Shown here: positions 1-10,793 of the stretch, piece after piece
Position numbering within the stretch: position 1 is the first letter of the stretch
Layout: every line of letters starts with the position of its first letter
Assembly (NCBI GenBank): GCA_963755125.1
Contig: CAVWIP010000018.1
Span: 64,001 to 128,000, forward strand
Direction of reading: 5' to 3'
Source: an uncultured delta proteobacterium
GTDB taxonomy: Bacteria; Myxococcota_A; Polyangia; Fen-1088
DNA: 64,000 bases
Made by a program: the position numbers and the translations under genes
Notes under the pieces: model-generated
What the model was told of the DNA's origin: nothing
The model's database searches: none
What the model saw: only the letters and a program-made list of their open reading frames with translations

Positions 1-1179
1 CCCAGGGCGCAAGACCCCGAGCCCGCTGACCCCAAGGGCGTGCTGACCGGCATTCATTTCATGGACGGCGATCACGCCGCCTGTGAAGGCGCGCTGGCTG
101 CCGGGTGTCGTTTCGTCGCCGGCTACCCGATCACGCCGTCGACCGAAGTGGTCGAGCGCTTCGCCGCGCGCATCCCGATGGTGGGCGGCATCTTCATCCA
201 GATGGAGGACGAACTGGCCTCCAGCATTGCCGTGCAAGGCGCGGTTTGGGGCGGACAGAAGTCATTGAGCGTGACCTCGGGCCCGGGCTTTTCGCTGATG
301 ATGGAACACATCGGCCTGGCCGCCATCACCGAGACCCCAGGCGTGTGGGTCGACGTTCAGCGCGGCGGCCCTTCCACGGGATTGCCCACTCTGCCCGGTC
401 AGGCCGACATGATGCAAGCCAAGTGGGGCAGCCACGGCGATTACGAGATCATCGCCATCGTGCCCAACTCGCCCCAGGAATGCTTCGACCTGATGATCAA
501 AGCCTTCAACCTGTCCGAGATCTACCGCTGCCCGGTCATGTTCATGATGGACGAAGTGGTCGGGCACATGGTCGAGCGGGTGGCCATTCCGCCCGCCTCC
601 GAGATCAAGGTGGTGCCGCGCAAGTGGACGCGCAAGCCCAAGGACGAGTATCGCGCGTTTGCCACCACCGAAGACGATCCCGTGCCCGAGATGACCAAGG
701 CGGGCGCCGGCTACCGCATTCACGTGACCGGGCTGACCCACGACGAGCGCGGCTACCCGGCCATGAACGCCGGCGCGCAGGCCAAGCTGGTGCGGCGGCT
801 GGTGGGCAAGATCCGCGACAACGCTGACCGACTGATGGACGTGCGCGAGGACGGCGTCGAGGGAGCCGATGTGGTGGTGGTTTCCTACGGCATCACATCC
901 CGCATCGCCATGTCCGCCGTGGAAGAAGCGCGCAAGCGAGGCGTGAAAGTGGGGCACCTGCGCCTGGTGGTGGCCTGGCCGTTCCCCGCCAACCGCATGC
1001 GCGAGCTGGCCAAGACGGTCAAGGTCTTCATCATGCCCGAGCTGAACATGGGGCAGATGGTTCTGGAGATCGAACGCGCGGTGGCCGGCGCGGCCCGCGT
1101 GGTCAGCCTCCCGCACGCGGGCGGTTCGGTGCACGAGCCAGAGACCATCCTGGCCGCGATCCTGGAGGCGGGCCGATGA
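1..1179 (+). CDS. korA: 2-oxoacid:ferredoxin oxidoreductase alpha subunit (5' end probably upstream of the window)
   Basis: YPITPSTE, QMEDE, TSGPGFSLM and QRGGPSTGLPT motifs; frame is open from base 1 (…ADPKGVLTG…). Substrate specificity is inferred from the neighbouring sucCD. Confidence 0.9.
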   Translation, partial: PRAQDPEPADPKGVLTGIHFMDGDHAACEGALAAGCRFVAGYPITPSTEVVERFAARIPMVGGIFIQMEDELASSIAVQGAVWGGQKSLSVTSGPGFSLMMEHIGLAAITETPGVWVDVQRGGPSTGLPTLPGQADMMQAKWGSHGDYEIIAIVPNSPQECFDLMIKAFNLSEIYRCPVMFMMDEVVGHMVERVAIPPASEIKVVPRKWTRKPKDEYRAFATTEDDPVPEMTKAGAGYRIHVTGLTHDERGYPAMNAGAQAKLVRRLVGKIRDNADRLMDVREDGVEGADVVVVSYGITSRIAMSAVEEARKRGVKVGHLRLVVAWPFPANRMRELAKTVKVFIMPELNMGQMVLEIERAVAGAARVVSLPHAGGSVHEPETILAAILEAGR

Positions 1180-2066
1180 GCGAAAACACGACAGCCACGC
1201 TCTTGCGCGACATTGACAGCATCAACCCGGTGATGCCCTACCTGCGCCAGGAGCGCATCCCGCACATCTGGTGCCCGAGCTGCGGGATTGGCACCACCGT
1301 CAACTGCTTCACCCGCGCGCTCACCGAATCGGGCATGAACCTGGACGAGATCGCGATCGTGTCGGGCATCGGCTGCACCGGCCGGGTCGCCGGCTACATG
1401 AACCTGGATTCGTTCCACACCACGCACGGCCGCGCCATTCCCTTCGCCACCGGGCTGAAGCTGGCCAACCCCAAGCTCAAAGTGGTGGTCTACTCGGGTG
1501 ACGGCGATCTGACGGCCATCGGCGGCAACCACCTGATGCACGCCGCCCGCCGCAACATGGACCTCATGGTGATCTGTGTGAACAACTTCACCTACGGCAT
1601 GACCGGCGGTCAGGTGGCGCCCACCACGCCGTTGGGCGCCAAGCAGACCACCATGCCGTTCGGCAACTACGAAGCCCCGTTCAGCTTGCCGTTCCTGGCT
1701 GACGCCTGCGGCGCCACCTACGTCGCGCGCTGGACCGTGTTTCATGTGCGCCAGCTCGCCAAGGCGATGCTGGAGGGATTGAGAAAGCGCGGCTTCGTGT
1801 TCATCGAGGCTCTCTCGCCCTGCCCGACCCTGTATCAACGGCGCAACAAGCGCGGTGACGGCGTGGACGAGCTGAAGTTCTACAAGGAGAACAGCGTGGT
1901 CAAGCACGGCGCCGACACCAAGGAGGTGGGGCTGACCTTCAACGGCCCCATCGTGGTGGGAAAGTTCGTGGATCGCGAACGCCCCACCTGGCTGGACGCC
2001 ATGAACGAACACTTTGCCAAGGTCCTGGGCTCCGAGTACACGCCCTACGGAGGCCAAGGTGGCTAG
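1176..2066 (+). CDS. korB: 2-oxoacid:ferredoxin oxidoreductase beta subunit (TPP-binding)
   Basis: WCPSCG, SGIGC, HGRA and GDGD…NN TPP motif, YGMTGGQ; ATGA overlap with alpha. Confidence 0.92.
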   Translation: MSENTTATLLRDIDSINPVMPYLRQERIPHIWCPSCGIGTTVNCFTRALTESGMNLDEIAIVSGIGCTGRVAGYMNLDSFHTTHGRAIPFATGLKLANPKLKVVVYSGDGDLTAIGGNHLMHAARRNMDLMVICVNNFTYGMTGGQVAPTTPLGAKQTTMPFGNYEAPFSLPFLADACGATYVARWTVFHVRQLAKAMLEGLRKRGFVFIEALSPCPTLYQRRNKRGDGVDELKFYKENSVVKHGADTKEVGLTFNGPIVVGKFVDRERPTWLDAMNEHFAKVLGSEYTPYGGQGG

Positions 2067-2751
2067 TCGTGTGGGGAGCCCGCCGGCTGTGCCGGCGGCG
2101 GACCATCGCGGGAGGGCTGGCGAGGCCGAGCGAAGCGAGCGGGGCGGGGGTGGCGGGTGGGGGGCCGAAGGGCGGAGCGAACCCTTTCAGGGTTCCCCTA
2201 CCAGAACCGAAATCCGCGTCGGCGGGCTGGGCGGCCAGGGTATCATTCTGTGCGGCTCGATCATTGGAAAGGCCGCCGCCATCTACAGCGGCCGGCACGC
2301 GGCCCTGATCCAGGCTTTCGGGCCCGAAGCGCGTGGCAGCGCGTGCAGCGCCCAGGTCATCGTGGCTGACGAGGCCATCGGCTATCCCTACGTGCGGCAC
2401 CCGGACATTCTGGTGCTGCTGTCGCAGGACGCGTTCGTCCAGTTCGCCCCGCAGCTCAAGCCCGACGGTCTGGTGCTGTACGAGAACGAGCTGGTGCAGG
2501 TGGAAGGCAAGTTGCCCAAGACAGCGCGCGCGCTGGGCATCCCGGCCACCCGCTTCGCCGAGGAGCTGGGCCGGCGCCTGGTGCTCAACATCGTGATGAC
2601 AGGCTTCTTCGCCGGGGCGACGAATCTTCTGTCCATCGATGCGGTGGAAAAGGCGGTTGTGGATTCGGTGCCCAAGGGCACCGAGAGCCTGAACCTGAAG
2701 GCGCTCATGAAGGGCTACGAGTACGGTCGAGGTCTGGTCGCACCGGCCTGA
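2059..2751 (+). CDS. korC: 2-oxoacid:ferredoxin oxidoreductase gamma subunit with a ~45-aa repeat-derived N-terminal insertion
   Basis: EIRVGGLGGQGII and FGPEARGSACSAQV motifs; GTG at 2059 follows GGAGG (2049-2053). Confidence 0.88.
   Translation: MASRVGSPPAVPAADHRGRAGEAERSERGGGGGWGAEGRSEPFQGSPTRTEIRVGGLGGQGIILCGSIIGKAAAIYSGRHAALIQAFGPEARGSACSAQVIVADEAIGYPYVRHPDILVLLSQDAFVQFAPQLKPDGLVLYENELVQVEGKLPKTARALGIPATRFAEELGRRLVLNIVMTGFFAGATNLLSIDAVEKAVVDSVPKGTESLNLKALMKGYEYGRGLVAPA
2064..2200 (-). repeat. Double-hairpin repeat, copy 1 (reverse orientation, extra ~62 nt internal segment), inside korC
   Basis: Reverse complement of 2064-2116 aligns without gaps to the core of copies 2 and 3; hairpin GAACCCT-TTC-AGGGTTC at 2179-2195. 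Confidence 0.85.
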
Positions 2752-2761
2752 GGAGGACATC

Positions 2762-3361
2762 GTGGAGAGAGACGGGTTCCCGCGCGTTGCCGAGCTGAAG
2801 GATGGATCGAGCGTCGAGATCTCGCTGGCCAGCGCGGCCGACGGTCCGGCCCTGCTGGACTTCTACCGCTCGCTTTCCGACGAAGACCGGCTGGTGCTCA
2901 AGGACGACGTGACAACGCCCGGATGGCTGGCGCGGTTTCTCGCCAAGCTGGCCTCGGGCGCGGCCACCAGCCTGGTGGCGCGCGCCGACGGCGGCATCTG
3001 CGGCGAGGCCACCTTGCACCGGAACCTGTACGGCTGGAGCCGCCACGTGGGCGAGATCCGGCTGAGCGTGGCCTCCGACCGCCGGGGCAAGGGCCTGGGC
3101 TACGCGCTGGCCGCTGGGGTGGTCAAGCTAGCCATCGACCTGGGGCTGGAGAAGATGGTGGCGCAGTTGGTGGAGAGCCAGACCGCCGCCCGCAAGACCT
3201 TCGAGCGGCTGGGCTTCCGCCAGGAGGCCGAACTCGCCCGCCAGGTCACCGACATTCGCGGCGCCAAGCGCGACCTGCTCATCTACGCCAACGACGTCTC
3301 GCACATCTGGGCCGCCATGGAAGCCTTGGTCGAAGACTTCCGACCGCACGAGGGACAGTAG
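2762..3361 (+). CDS. GNAT family N-acyltransferase
   Basis: RRGKGLG acyl-CoA motif and FERLGF C-terminal motif; GAGGAGG SD. Confidence 0.85.
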   Translation: MERDGFPRVAELKDGSSVEISLASAADGPALLDFYRSLSDEDRLVLKDDVTTPGWLARFLAKLASGAATSLVARADGGICGEATLHRNLYGWSRHVGEIRLSVASDRRGKGLGYALAAGVVKLAIDLGLEKMVAQLVESQTAARKTFERLGFRQEAELARQVTDIRGAKRDLLIYANDVSHIWAAMEALVEDFRPHEGQ

Positions 3362-3363
3362 GA

Positions 3364-4233
3364 TCAGGAAACCAGCTTCGCCACAGTCGTGCCCAGATCC
3401 GCGGGCGTGGGGGCGATGGCGATGCCGGCTTCGCGCAGGGCCGCGATCTTGTCGGCGGCCAGTCCTTTACCCCCGCTGATGATGGCACCCGCGTGGCCCA
3501 TGCGGCGTCCGGGCGGCGCGGTCACGCCAGCGACGAACGCGGCGACTGGCTTCTTCATGTTGGCCTTGATGAAGGCCGCGGCTTCTTCCTCGGAAGTGCC
3601 GCCGATCTCGCCGATGAGCAGGACTGCCTTGGTCTGCGGATCCTCTTCAAAAAGCGTGAGGCAGTCGATGAAGTCCATGCCCTTGACCGGATCGCCACCG
3701 ATCCCGACGGCGGTGCTTTGTCCCAGGCCCAGCTCGGTGATCTGGAAGGCCGCTTCGTAGGTCAGCGTGCCCGAACGCGAGACGATGCCGATGGCGCCCG
3801 GCTTGTGAATGTAGCCGGGCATGATGCCCAGCTTGGCCACGCCCGGCGTGATTACGCCTGGGCAGTTGGGGCCGACCAGGTTGCAGAGTTCAAGATCGAG
3901 CGCTCGTTTTGCGCGAACCATGTCGAGAACCGGGATGCCCTCGGTGATGCACACGATGAGTTCGATACCCGCTTGGGCCGCCTCCAGGATCGCGTCGGCG
4001 CCGCCGGGCGGGGGCACGAAGATCACGCTGGTGTTGGCGCCCGTCTTGGCCACCGCCTGCGCGACGGTGTCGAACACCGGAAAGCCCTCGTGCACGGTGC
4101 CGCCCTTGCCCGGGGTCACGCCGCCCACGATCGGGGTGCCGTATTCGCGCATCTGCTTGGCGTGGAAAGTCCCGGCCGCGCCGGTCAGACCCTGGACCAG
4201 GGCACGAGTCTTGTGGTCAGCGAGGATCGCCAT
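3364..4233 (-). CDS. sucD: Succinate--CoA ligase alpha subunit
   Basis: [21 protein letters not shown] and RMGHAGA (phospho-His). Confidence 0.96.
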   Translation of the reverse strand: MAILADHKTRALVQGLTGAAGTFHAKQMREYGTPIVGGVTPGKGGTVHEGFPVFDTVAQAVAKTGANTSVIFVPPPGGADAILEAAQAGIELIVCITEGIPVLDMVRAKRALDLELCNLVGPNCPGVITPGVAKLGIMPGYIHKPGAIGIVSRSGTLTYEAAFQITELGLGQSTAVGIGGDPVKGMDFIDCLTLFEEDPQTKAVLLIGEIGGTSEEEAAAFIKANMKKPVAAFVAGVTAPPGRRMGHAGAIISGGKGLAADKIAALREAGIAIAPTPADLGTTVAKLVS

Positions 4234-4235
4234 GG

Positions 4236-5420
<1,185 letters not shown>

Positions 5421-5445
5421 GCTCCAACCAGAGGCGGAAAGGGGT

Positions 5446-5886
5446 TCAGTACGCGGCTGCGGCCGTGCGAGGCCGGCGCAACTTCGCAGCCTGGCGAGCC
5501 AGCGACGCGAAGCTGACCTTGCGCAATTCGCGCTCGGTCGCGCGATGAATCTTCACCCACACGGGATGAACCGGGCAGGTTTCCCGAAACGGGCAGGCGC
5601 GAGGATCGAGGACACAGGGACGCGGCGCCACCCTCGCCTGGGTGACGTCGATGACGTCAAGGAGCGAGAGATGGGTTGGATCTCGCGCCAGCACGAAGCC
5701 GCCGTGCACACCGCGGGTGGACGATACCAATCCCGCGCGCACCAGTTGCTGCAAAATCTTCGCGACAAAGAGATCAGGCGCAGAGGTCGCCTTCGCGATC
5801 TCGCCCTTGGTTGCCAGACGGTCCCGCGTGCGGGTCAAGTAGACGAGGCAGCGAATGGCGTAGTCGACTTGTCGAAAGAGGTACAC
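5446..5886 (-). CDS. Rrf2 family transcriptional regulator, probably Fe-S binding
   Basis: DYAIRCL…[25 protein letters not shown]; three Cys ([14 protein letters not shown]); start placed at GTG 5886. Confidence 0.88.
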   Translation of the reverse strand: MYLFRQVDYAIRCLVYLTRTRDRLATKGEIAKATSAPDLFVAKILQQLVRAGLVSSTRGVHGGFVLARDPTHLSLLDVIDVTQARVAPRPCVLDPRACPFRETCPVHPVWVKIHRATERELRKVSFASLARQAAKLRRPRTAAAAY

Positions 5887-6278
5887 GGAGGTCCGATTAT
5901 GCAGCAAGGACGGCGCGCTGACGAGCAACTTCTGGATGCCCCCTTCGATCTTGTCTTCGATTGGTCGCAGGTCGCTTCGCCGACCACCACGACGCGCCAA
6001 ATGCCACCATCTGGTCGTCAAGATGCAGCTGTGAACCCCGAAACGGTCAGAAATCGGACCGCATTTGGCTAGTTTCTCTGTTTCACGATGCTATATTTCC
6101 AACCGTTAGGTTGTATGCATTTCTTTGCTCTCCTCCTGCCCTACCTGACTGTGCGCGGAGATCTCGCGTCACGCGGGGATGTCCGCGCAGCGTGGTGCCG
6201 AAAGTCGTCGCACGAAGGCACCGCGGCGGCCAAGCTCTGTCCCTTTCGCTTTGAACCGCTTTTGAAAGTGTTGCCGGC

Positions 6279-7511
6279 ATGAAATCAACCGCACCCTTCA
6301 TGGATGTCGTGGACATGATCGTCGAATACGGCGGTCAGGCGCTCGACGAGTGCTACCAGTGCGGCACCTGCTCGTCGGTGTGCCCGTGGGGCGATTTTCG
6401 CGATTTCCGTCTGCGCAACCTGATCCGGCTAGCCCAGTTCGGCATCGAGGGCTACGAAGGCGAAGACCTCTGGTTCTGCACCACCTGCGGGATGTGCCTG
6501 GATCGCTGTCCGCGCGGCGTGAAGACCGTGGACATCGTACGTAGCATCCGCAACATCATGGGCGAGGCCGGAACCCTGCCGCCGCTTCTGCAATCGGCCC
6601 TGTCAGGCCTGGAGGGCAATGGCAACCCGTGGGCCGGCGATCCGGACAAGCGATCGGCCTGGGCCTCGGAAGTCGGGCTGCGGCCGCACACGGAGGAGAG
6701 CGAGATCCTGCTCTACACCTGCTGCACGCACGCCTACGATCCACGCAACCTCAAGGCGCAGCGAACCCTGGCGCGCCTGCTGGAAAAGGCGGGCGTGAAG
6801 TGGGGCAGCCTGGGCAATGACGAAAAGTGTTGCGGCGATCCCGCGCACAAGGGCGGCCGCAAGGACGTGTTCGAGTCGCTGCGCGACGGGAACACCGAAC
6901 AGATTCGCGCGACCAGACCGAAGAAGATCGTGGTGACCTCGCCCCACTGCCTGGAGAATTTCAAGAAGAACTACGAAGGACTGAAAGGCGTGACGGTCAT
7001 CCACGTGGCGGAACTGCTGCGCGACCTGATTCGCGACGGGCGGCTCAAGCCGGAAAAGCCGGTCAAGGCGCGCGTGGCCTATCACGATCCTTGCTATCTG
7101 GGCCGGCACAACGGGATCTATGATGCGCCTCGCGAGGTGCTCAAGGCCATCCCCGAGCTGGAACTGGTTGAACTTTCGCGCCACCACGAAGACAGCCTGT
7201 GCTGTGGCGGCGGCGGCGGCCGCATGTGGTCCGACACGCCGGTCGCCGAACGCTTCAGCGTGCAGAGGATCAACGATGCCTGCGCGCAGGGGGCGCAATC
7301 GCTGGCCACGGCTTGCCCGTACTGCGTGCTCATGCTGACCGACAGCCTGGGCACGGTGGGCAAGCAAGATTCGCTCGAGGTGGTCGATCTAGGCGAGCTG
7401 CTGGCCCGCTCGATTGACATGGGGACCCTGGAAGGGTCCCCAACCCCTCCCGCGATGGTACGCGGCGAGCAAAGCTCGCCGGCTCCCCACGCGACTGGGA
7501 GTGGACGATGA
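6279..7511 (+). CDS. HdrD/GlpC-like Fe-S protein (two [4Fe-4S] motifs plus two CCG domains)
   Basis: CYQCGTCSSVCP, CTTCGMCLDRCP, KCCG, YHDPCYLGRH, LCCGGGGG, TACPYC. Confidence 0.9.
   Translation: MKSTAPFMDVVDMIVEYGGQALDECYQCGTCSSVCPWGDFRDFRLRNLIRLAQFGIEGYEGEDLWFCTTCGMCLDRCPRGVKTVDIVRSIRNIMGEAGTLPPLLQSALSGLEGNGNPWAGDPDKRSAWASEVGLRPHTEESEILLYTCCTHAYDPRNLKAQRTLARLLEKAGVKWGSLGNDEKCCGDPAHKGGRKDVFESLRDGNTEQIRATRPKKIVVTSPHCLENFKKNYEGLKGVTVIHVAELLRDLIRDGRLKPEKPVKARVAYHDPCYLGRHNGIYDAPREVLKAIPELELVELSRHHEDSLCCGGGGGRMWSDTPVAERFSVQRINDACAQGAQSLATACPYCVLMLTDSLGTVGKQDSLEVVDLGELLARSIDMGTLEGSPTPPAMVRGEQSSPAPHATGSGR
7419..7497 (+). repeat. Double-hairpin repeat, copy 2, encoding the C-terminal tail of the HdrD-like protein
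   Basis: TGGGGACCCT-GGA-AGGGTCCCCA and CGGCGAGC-AAA-GCTCGCCG; near-identical to 25889-25967. Confidence 0.9.
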
Positions 7512-9508
7512 GCAAAGCCATCAGCAAAGACGGTCAGGCCGCGGTCGGGGTCTACGTCTGTCACTGCGGCACCAACATCGCCGGCACGGTGGACGTCGAG
7601 AAGCTGGCCAAGGAAATGGCGGGCGAGGCCGGCGTGGTGATCTCGCGCGAATACAAGTTCATGTGCTCCGACCCCGGGCAGGAGCAGATCAAGAAGGACA
7701 TCGCCGAGTTCGGGCTGAACCGCGTGGTGGTGGCCGCGTGCTCGCCGCGCATGCACGAGCCCACCTTCCGGCGGGCCTGCGCCCAGGCCGGTCTCAATCC
7801 CTTCCTCATGCTAATGGCCAACATCCGCGAGCAGTGCTCGTGGGTGACCAAGGATCGCACGGAAGCCACCAACAAGGCTCTGGCCATCGTGCGCGCCACG
7901 GTCAGGCGCGCGCGCTGGATGCGGCCGCTGCAGCCTGGCCGGGCCAAGGTCAAGCCCAGCACGCTCATCATTGGCGGAGGTATCGCCGGCATCCAGGCGG
8001 CCCTCGACATCGCCGAGGCCGGCTACAAGGTTCACCTGGTCGAGCGCAACCAGTCGATCGGCGGTCACATGGCCGAGCTGGACAAGACCTTCCCCACCCT
8101 GGACTGCTCGGCCTGTATCTTGACGCCCAAGATGGTCCAGGTGGCCCAGCACCCCAACATCGAGCTGCTCACCTATCACGAGGTCGAAGAGGTGCGCGGC
8201 AGCGTGGGCCAGTTCAAGGTCAAGGTCCGACGCAAGGCCACCTGCGTGGACAACGCCAAGTGCACCGGCTGCGGCGTCTGCATCACCAAGTGCCCGGTGA
8301 AGAAGGTTCCCTCGGAATTCGACGAGAAGATGGCCTTCCGGCCCGCCATCTACACCATGTTTCCGCAAGCCGTGCCCAACAAGCCGGTCATCGACCGCAA
8401 GCACTGCAACTACTTCGTGCGCGGCAAGTGCGGGGTGTGCGAAAAGTTCTGCGAGCCGGGCGCCATCGTGATGAACGATCGGGACAGCGTGCGCGAGCTA
8501 GAGGTGGGCACCATCATCGTGGCCACCGGCTACGATCTGGTCGACCCCGGCCAGTTCAAACAATGGGGCTACGGCCGCTTCCCCGACGTGTACACCGGCC
8601 TGGAATTCGAGCGGCTGTGCAACGCCATGGGCCCCACCAGCGGCAAGATCGTCAAAAAGGACGGCCAGGCGCCGGCTGCGGTCGGCATCCTTCACTGCAT
8701 CGGCTCGCGCGACGAGAACTACTGCAAGCACTGCTCGCGCGTGTGCTGCATGTACTCGCTCAAGTTCGCGCACCTGCTGCGCGAGAAGACCACGGCGCGA
8801 GTGTACGAGTTCTACATCGACATGCGCGCCTTTGGCAAAGGCTACGAGGAGTTCTATCACCGGGTCATGCACGAGGGCACGCGCTTCGTGCGCGGCAAGG
8901 CCGGGCAGGTGCTGGCGCCCACCGAGGCCGACGCCGATGCGCCCGCGGACTCGATGATCGTCGTGGCGGAAGAGACCACGCTGGGCAAGTTGCTGCGCGT
9001 CCCAGTCGACATGATCGTCCTGGCCACGGCCATGGGCCCGGCCCAGGGGGCCAAGCAGGTGTCCGAGATGCTGCGCATCCCACGCAGCCCGGACGGCTTC
9101 TTCGCCGAAAAGCACCCCAAGCTGGCGCCCGTGGAAACGCCCACCGACGGTGTGTTCCTGGCCGGCACCTGTCAGGGCCCCAAGGACATTCCGGACACCG
9201 TGGCGCAGGCGTCGGGCTCGGCTGCGGCAGCCATGCGCTTCATGGCCCGCGGCGAGGTCGAGATCGATCCTTCAGTCGCGCTGGTGCGGCCCGAGATGTG
9301 CACAGCCTGCGGGATGTGCGTCGATGTTTGTGCCTACCAAGCCATCGAGATCGATCCCAAACGCAACAAGGCCGTGGTCAACGCCACCACGTGCAAAGGC
9401 TGTGGCACCTGCGTGGCCACCTGCCGGGCCACGGCCATCGAACTGCAACACTTCACCGACCGGCAGATCTATCACGAGCTGGCCGGTCTGCTCGGGGAGG
9501 CATGGTGA
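7508..9508 (+). CDS. hdrA: Heterodisulfide reductase subunit A (FAD, Fe-S)
   Basis: VYVCHCGTNI, ACSPRMHE, GGGIAG, KTFPTLDCSACIL, CSRVCCMY, GPKDIP, inserted and C-terminal ferredoxin motifs. Confidence 0.95.
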   Translation: MSKAISKDGQAAVGVYVCHCGTNIAGTVDVEKLAKEMAGEAGVVISREYKFMCSDPGQEQIKKDIAEFGLNRVVVAACSPRMHEPTFRRACAQAGLNPFLMLMANIREQCSWVTKDRTEATNKALAIVRATVRRARWMRPLQPGRAKVKPSTLIIGGGIAGIQAALDIAEAGYKVHLVERNQSIGGHMAELDKTFPTLDCSACILTPKMVQVAQHPNIELLTYHEVEEVRGSVGQFKVKVRRKATCVDNAKCTGCGVCITKCPVKKVPSEFDEKMAFRPAIYTMFPQAVPNKPVIDRKHCNYFVRGKCGVCEKFCEPGAIVMNDRDSVRELEVGTIIVATGYDLVDPGQFKQWGYGRFPDVYTGLEFERLCNAMGPTSGKIVKKDGQAPAAVGILHCIGSRDENYCKHCSRVCCMYSLKFAHLLREKTTARVYEFYIDMRAFGKGYEEFYHRVMHEGTRFVRGKAGQVLAPTEADADAPADSMIVVAEETTLGKLLRVPVDMIVLATAMGPAQGAKQVSEMLRIPRSPDGFFAEKHPKLAPVETPTDGVFLAGTCQGPKDIPDTVAQASGSAAAAMRFMARGEVEIDPSVALVRPEMCTACGMCVDVCAYQAIEIDPKRNKAVVNATTCKGCGTCVATCRATAIELQHFTDRQIYHELAGLLGEAW

Positions 9509-9939
9509 TGAGCGAGAATTTCCAGCCGCGCATCGTCGGCTTTCTGTGCAACTGGTGTAGCTACGCCGGCGCCGATCTGGCGGGCACCTCGCGCCTGAAA
9601 GTGCCGGCCAATCTGCGCGTGGTGCGCGTGCCCTGCTCGGGCCGCATCAATCCGCTGTTCATCTTCAAGGCGCTGGAAGAGGGCGCGGACGGTGTGATGG
9701 TGTCGGGCTGCCATCCGGGAGACTGCCACTACATCAGCGGCAACCGCTACGCCAAACGCAAGCTGGCGGTGATCCGCCGCCTGCTCGACTGGGTTGGCGT
9801 CGAGCCCGAGCGCATCCATTTCACCTGGCTTTCGGCCTCGGAGGGCGCGCGCTACGCGGTCGAGGTGGGCGAGTTCGTCGACAAGGTGCGGGCTCTGGGA
9901 CGGCGCAATCCCATGGCGCGCCAGGGGGTGGCGTCGTGA
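9508..9939 (+). CDS. flxD: MvhD/FlxD-type [2Fe-2S] subunit
   Basis: FLCNWCSYAGADLAG, RVPCSGR, GCHPGDCHY; 3' part of ORF 7414..9939; TGATG coupling with hdrA. Confidence 0.9.
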   Translation: MSENFQPRIVGFLCNWCSYAGADLAGTSRLKVPANLRVVRVPCSGRINPLFIFKALEEGADGVMVSGCHPGDCHYISGNRYAKRKLAVIRRLLDWVGVEPERIHFTWLSASEGARYAVEVGEFVDKVRALGRRNPMARQGVAS

Positions 9940-10793
9940 ACCAGTCGCTGCGCGAGAATGTGAAGCGCCTGTTTGCCGAGGGCAAAGTCAAATCCGTGCT
10001 CGGCTATCGCGAGCACCCGTTGTCCAAGGCCGTGGTGGCCACGCTCATCACGCGGCCCGAGGACGCGGACACCCTGATTTTCGATTATCGCTGCGTGCAG
10101 AACCTGGCCCGCGGCTTGACCCGCGATCTGCCGCTGCCAGTCGGGATCGTGGTCAAGGGCTGCGACGGCCGTGCGGTTAGCATGCGCATCACCGAGGGCG
10201 ATTTCGCGCGCGAGCAGATCGTGGCCATCGCAGTGGCCTGCCCTGGCGTGAAGGCCGACGGCAAGACCTTCGATGAACGCTGCCAGCGCTGCGAGATGCA
10301 CGTCTCGCCGCTGGCTGATGTCACGGTCGGGGACGTGTCGGCGCTGCCCAAGCCGGAGAAGACGCGCGCCGAGACCATCGCCAAGATCAAGGCCATGACC
10401 CCGGCCGAGCGCTTCGAGTTCTGGCAGAAGGCGTTCGAGCCCTGCACCCACTGCTACGCCTGCCGCGAGGTCTGTCCGTTGTGCAACTGCGCGGTGTGCG
10501 TGACCGACCAGAACGCCCCGCGCTGGATCGAGCAGACCGCCAAGCCGTCGTCCAATCTCATGTGGCACATGATCCGCGCCTTCCACCACGCTGGTCGCTG
10601 CGTCGACTGTGGCGAGTGCCAGCGCGCCTGCCCCGAGGGCGTGCCCATGCACCTGCTCGACCTGTGCCTGGCGGAAGACGTCGAGGAGCTGTTCGATTTC
10701 AAGACCGGTATCAAGCAGGGCGACAAGTGGCCCTTCTTGCTTTTCAACCCGGAAGATCCTGATAGCTGGCTGGGAGGACCCCACCGTGGCTGA
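9936..10793 (+). CDS. flxC: FlxC-like 4Fe-4S dicluster protein
   Basis: KGCDGR, CTHCYACREVCP, AGRCVDCGECQRACP; position in the operon. Confidence 0.8.
   Translation: MNQSLRENVKRLFAEGKVKSVLGYREHPLSKAVVATLITRPEDADTLIFDYRCVQNLARGLTRDLPLPVGIVVKGCDGRAVSMRITEGDFAREQIVAIAVACPGVKADGKTFDERCQRCEMHVSPLADVTVGDVSALPKPEKTRAETIAKIKAMTPAERFEFWQKAFEPCTHCYACREVCPLCNCAVCVTDQNAPRWIEQTAKPSSNLMWHMIRAFHHAGRCVDCGECQRACPEGVPMHLLDLCLAEDVEELFDFKTGIKQGDKWPFLLFNPEDPDSWLGGPHRG

Noticed and set aside
7414..9507. 841-aa ORF overlapping hdrA
   Set aside because: Only the last 143 codons (FlxD/MvhD) look coding; the rest is an Arg/Gly-rich shadow frame typical of high-GC DNA
7508..9939. Selenocysteine recoding in HdrA or FlxD
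   Set aside because: The usual Sec positions are Cys codons and there is no in-frame TGA
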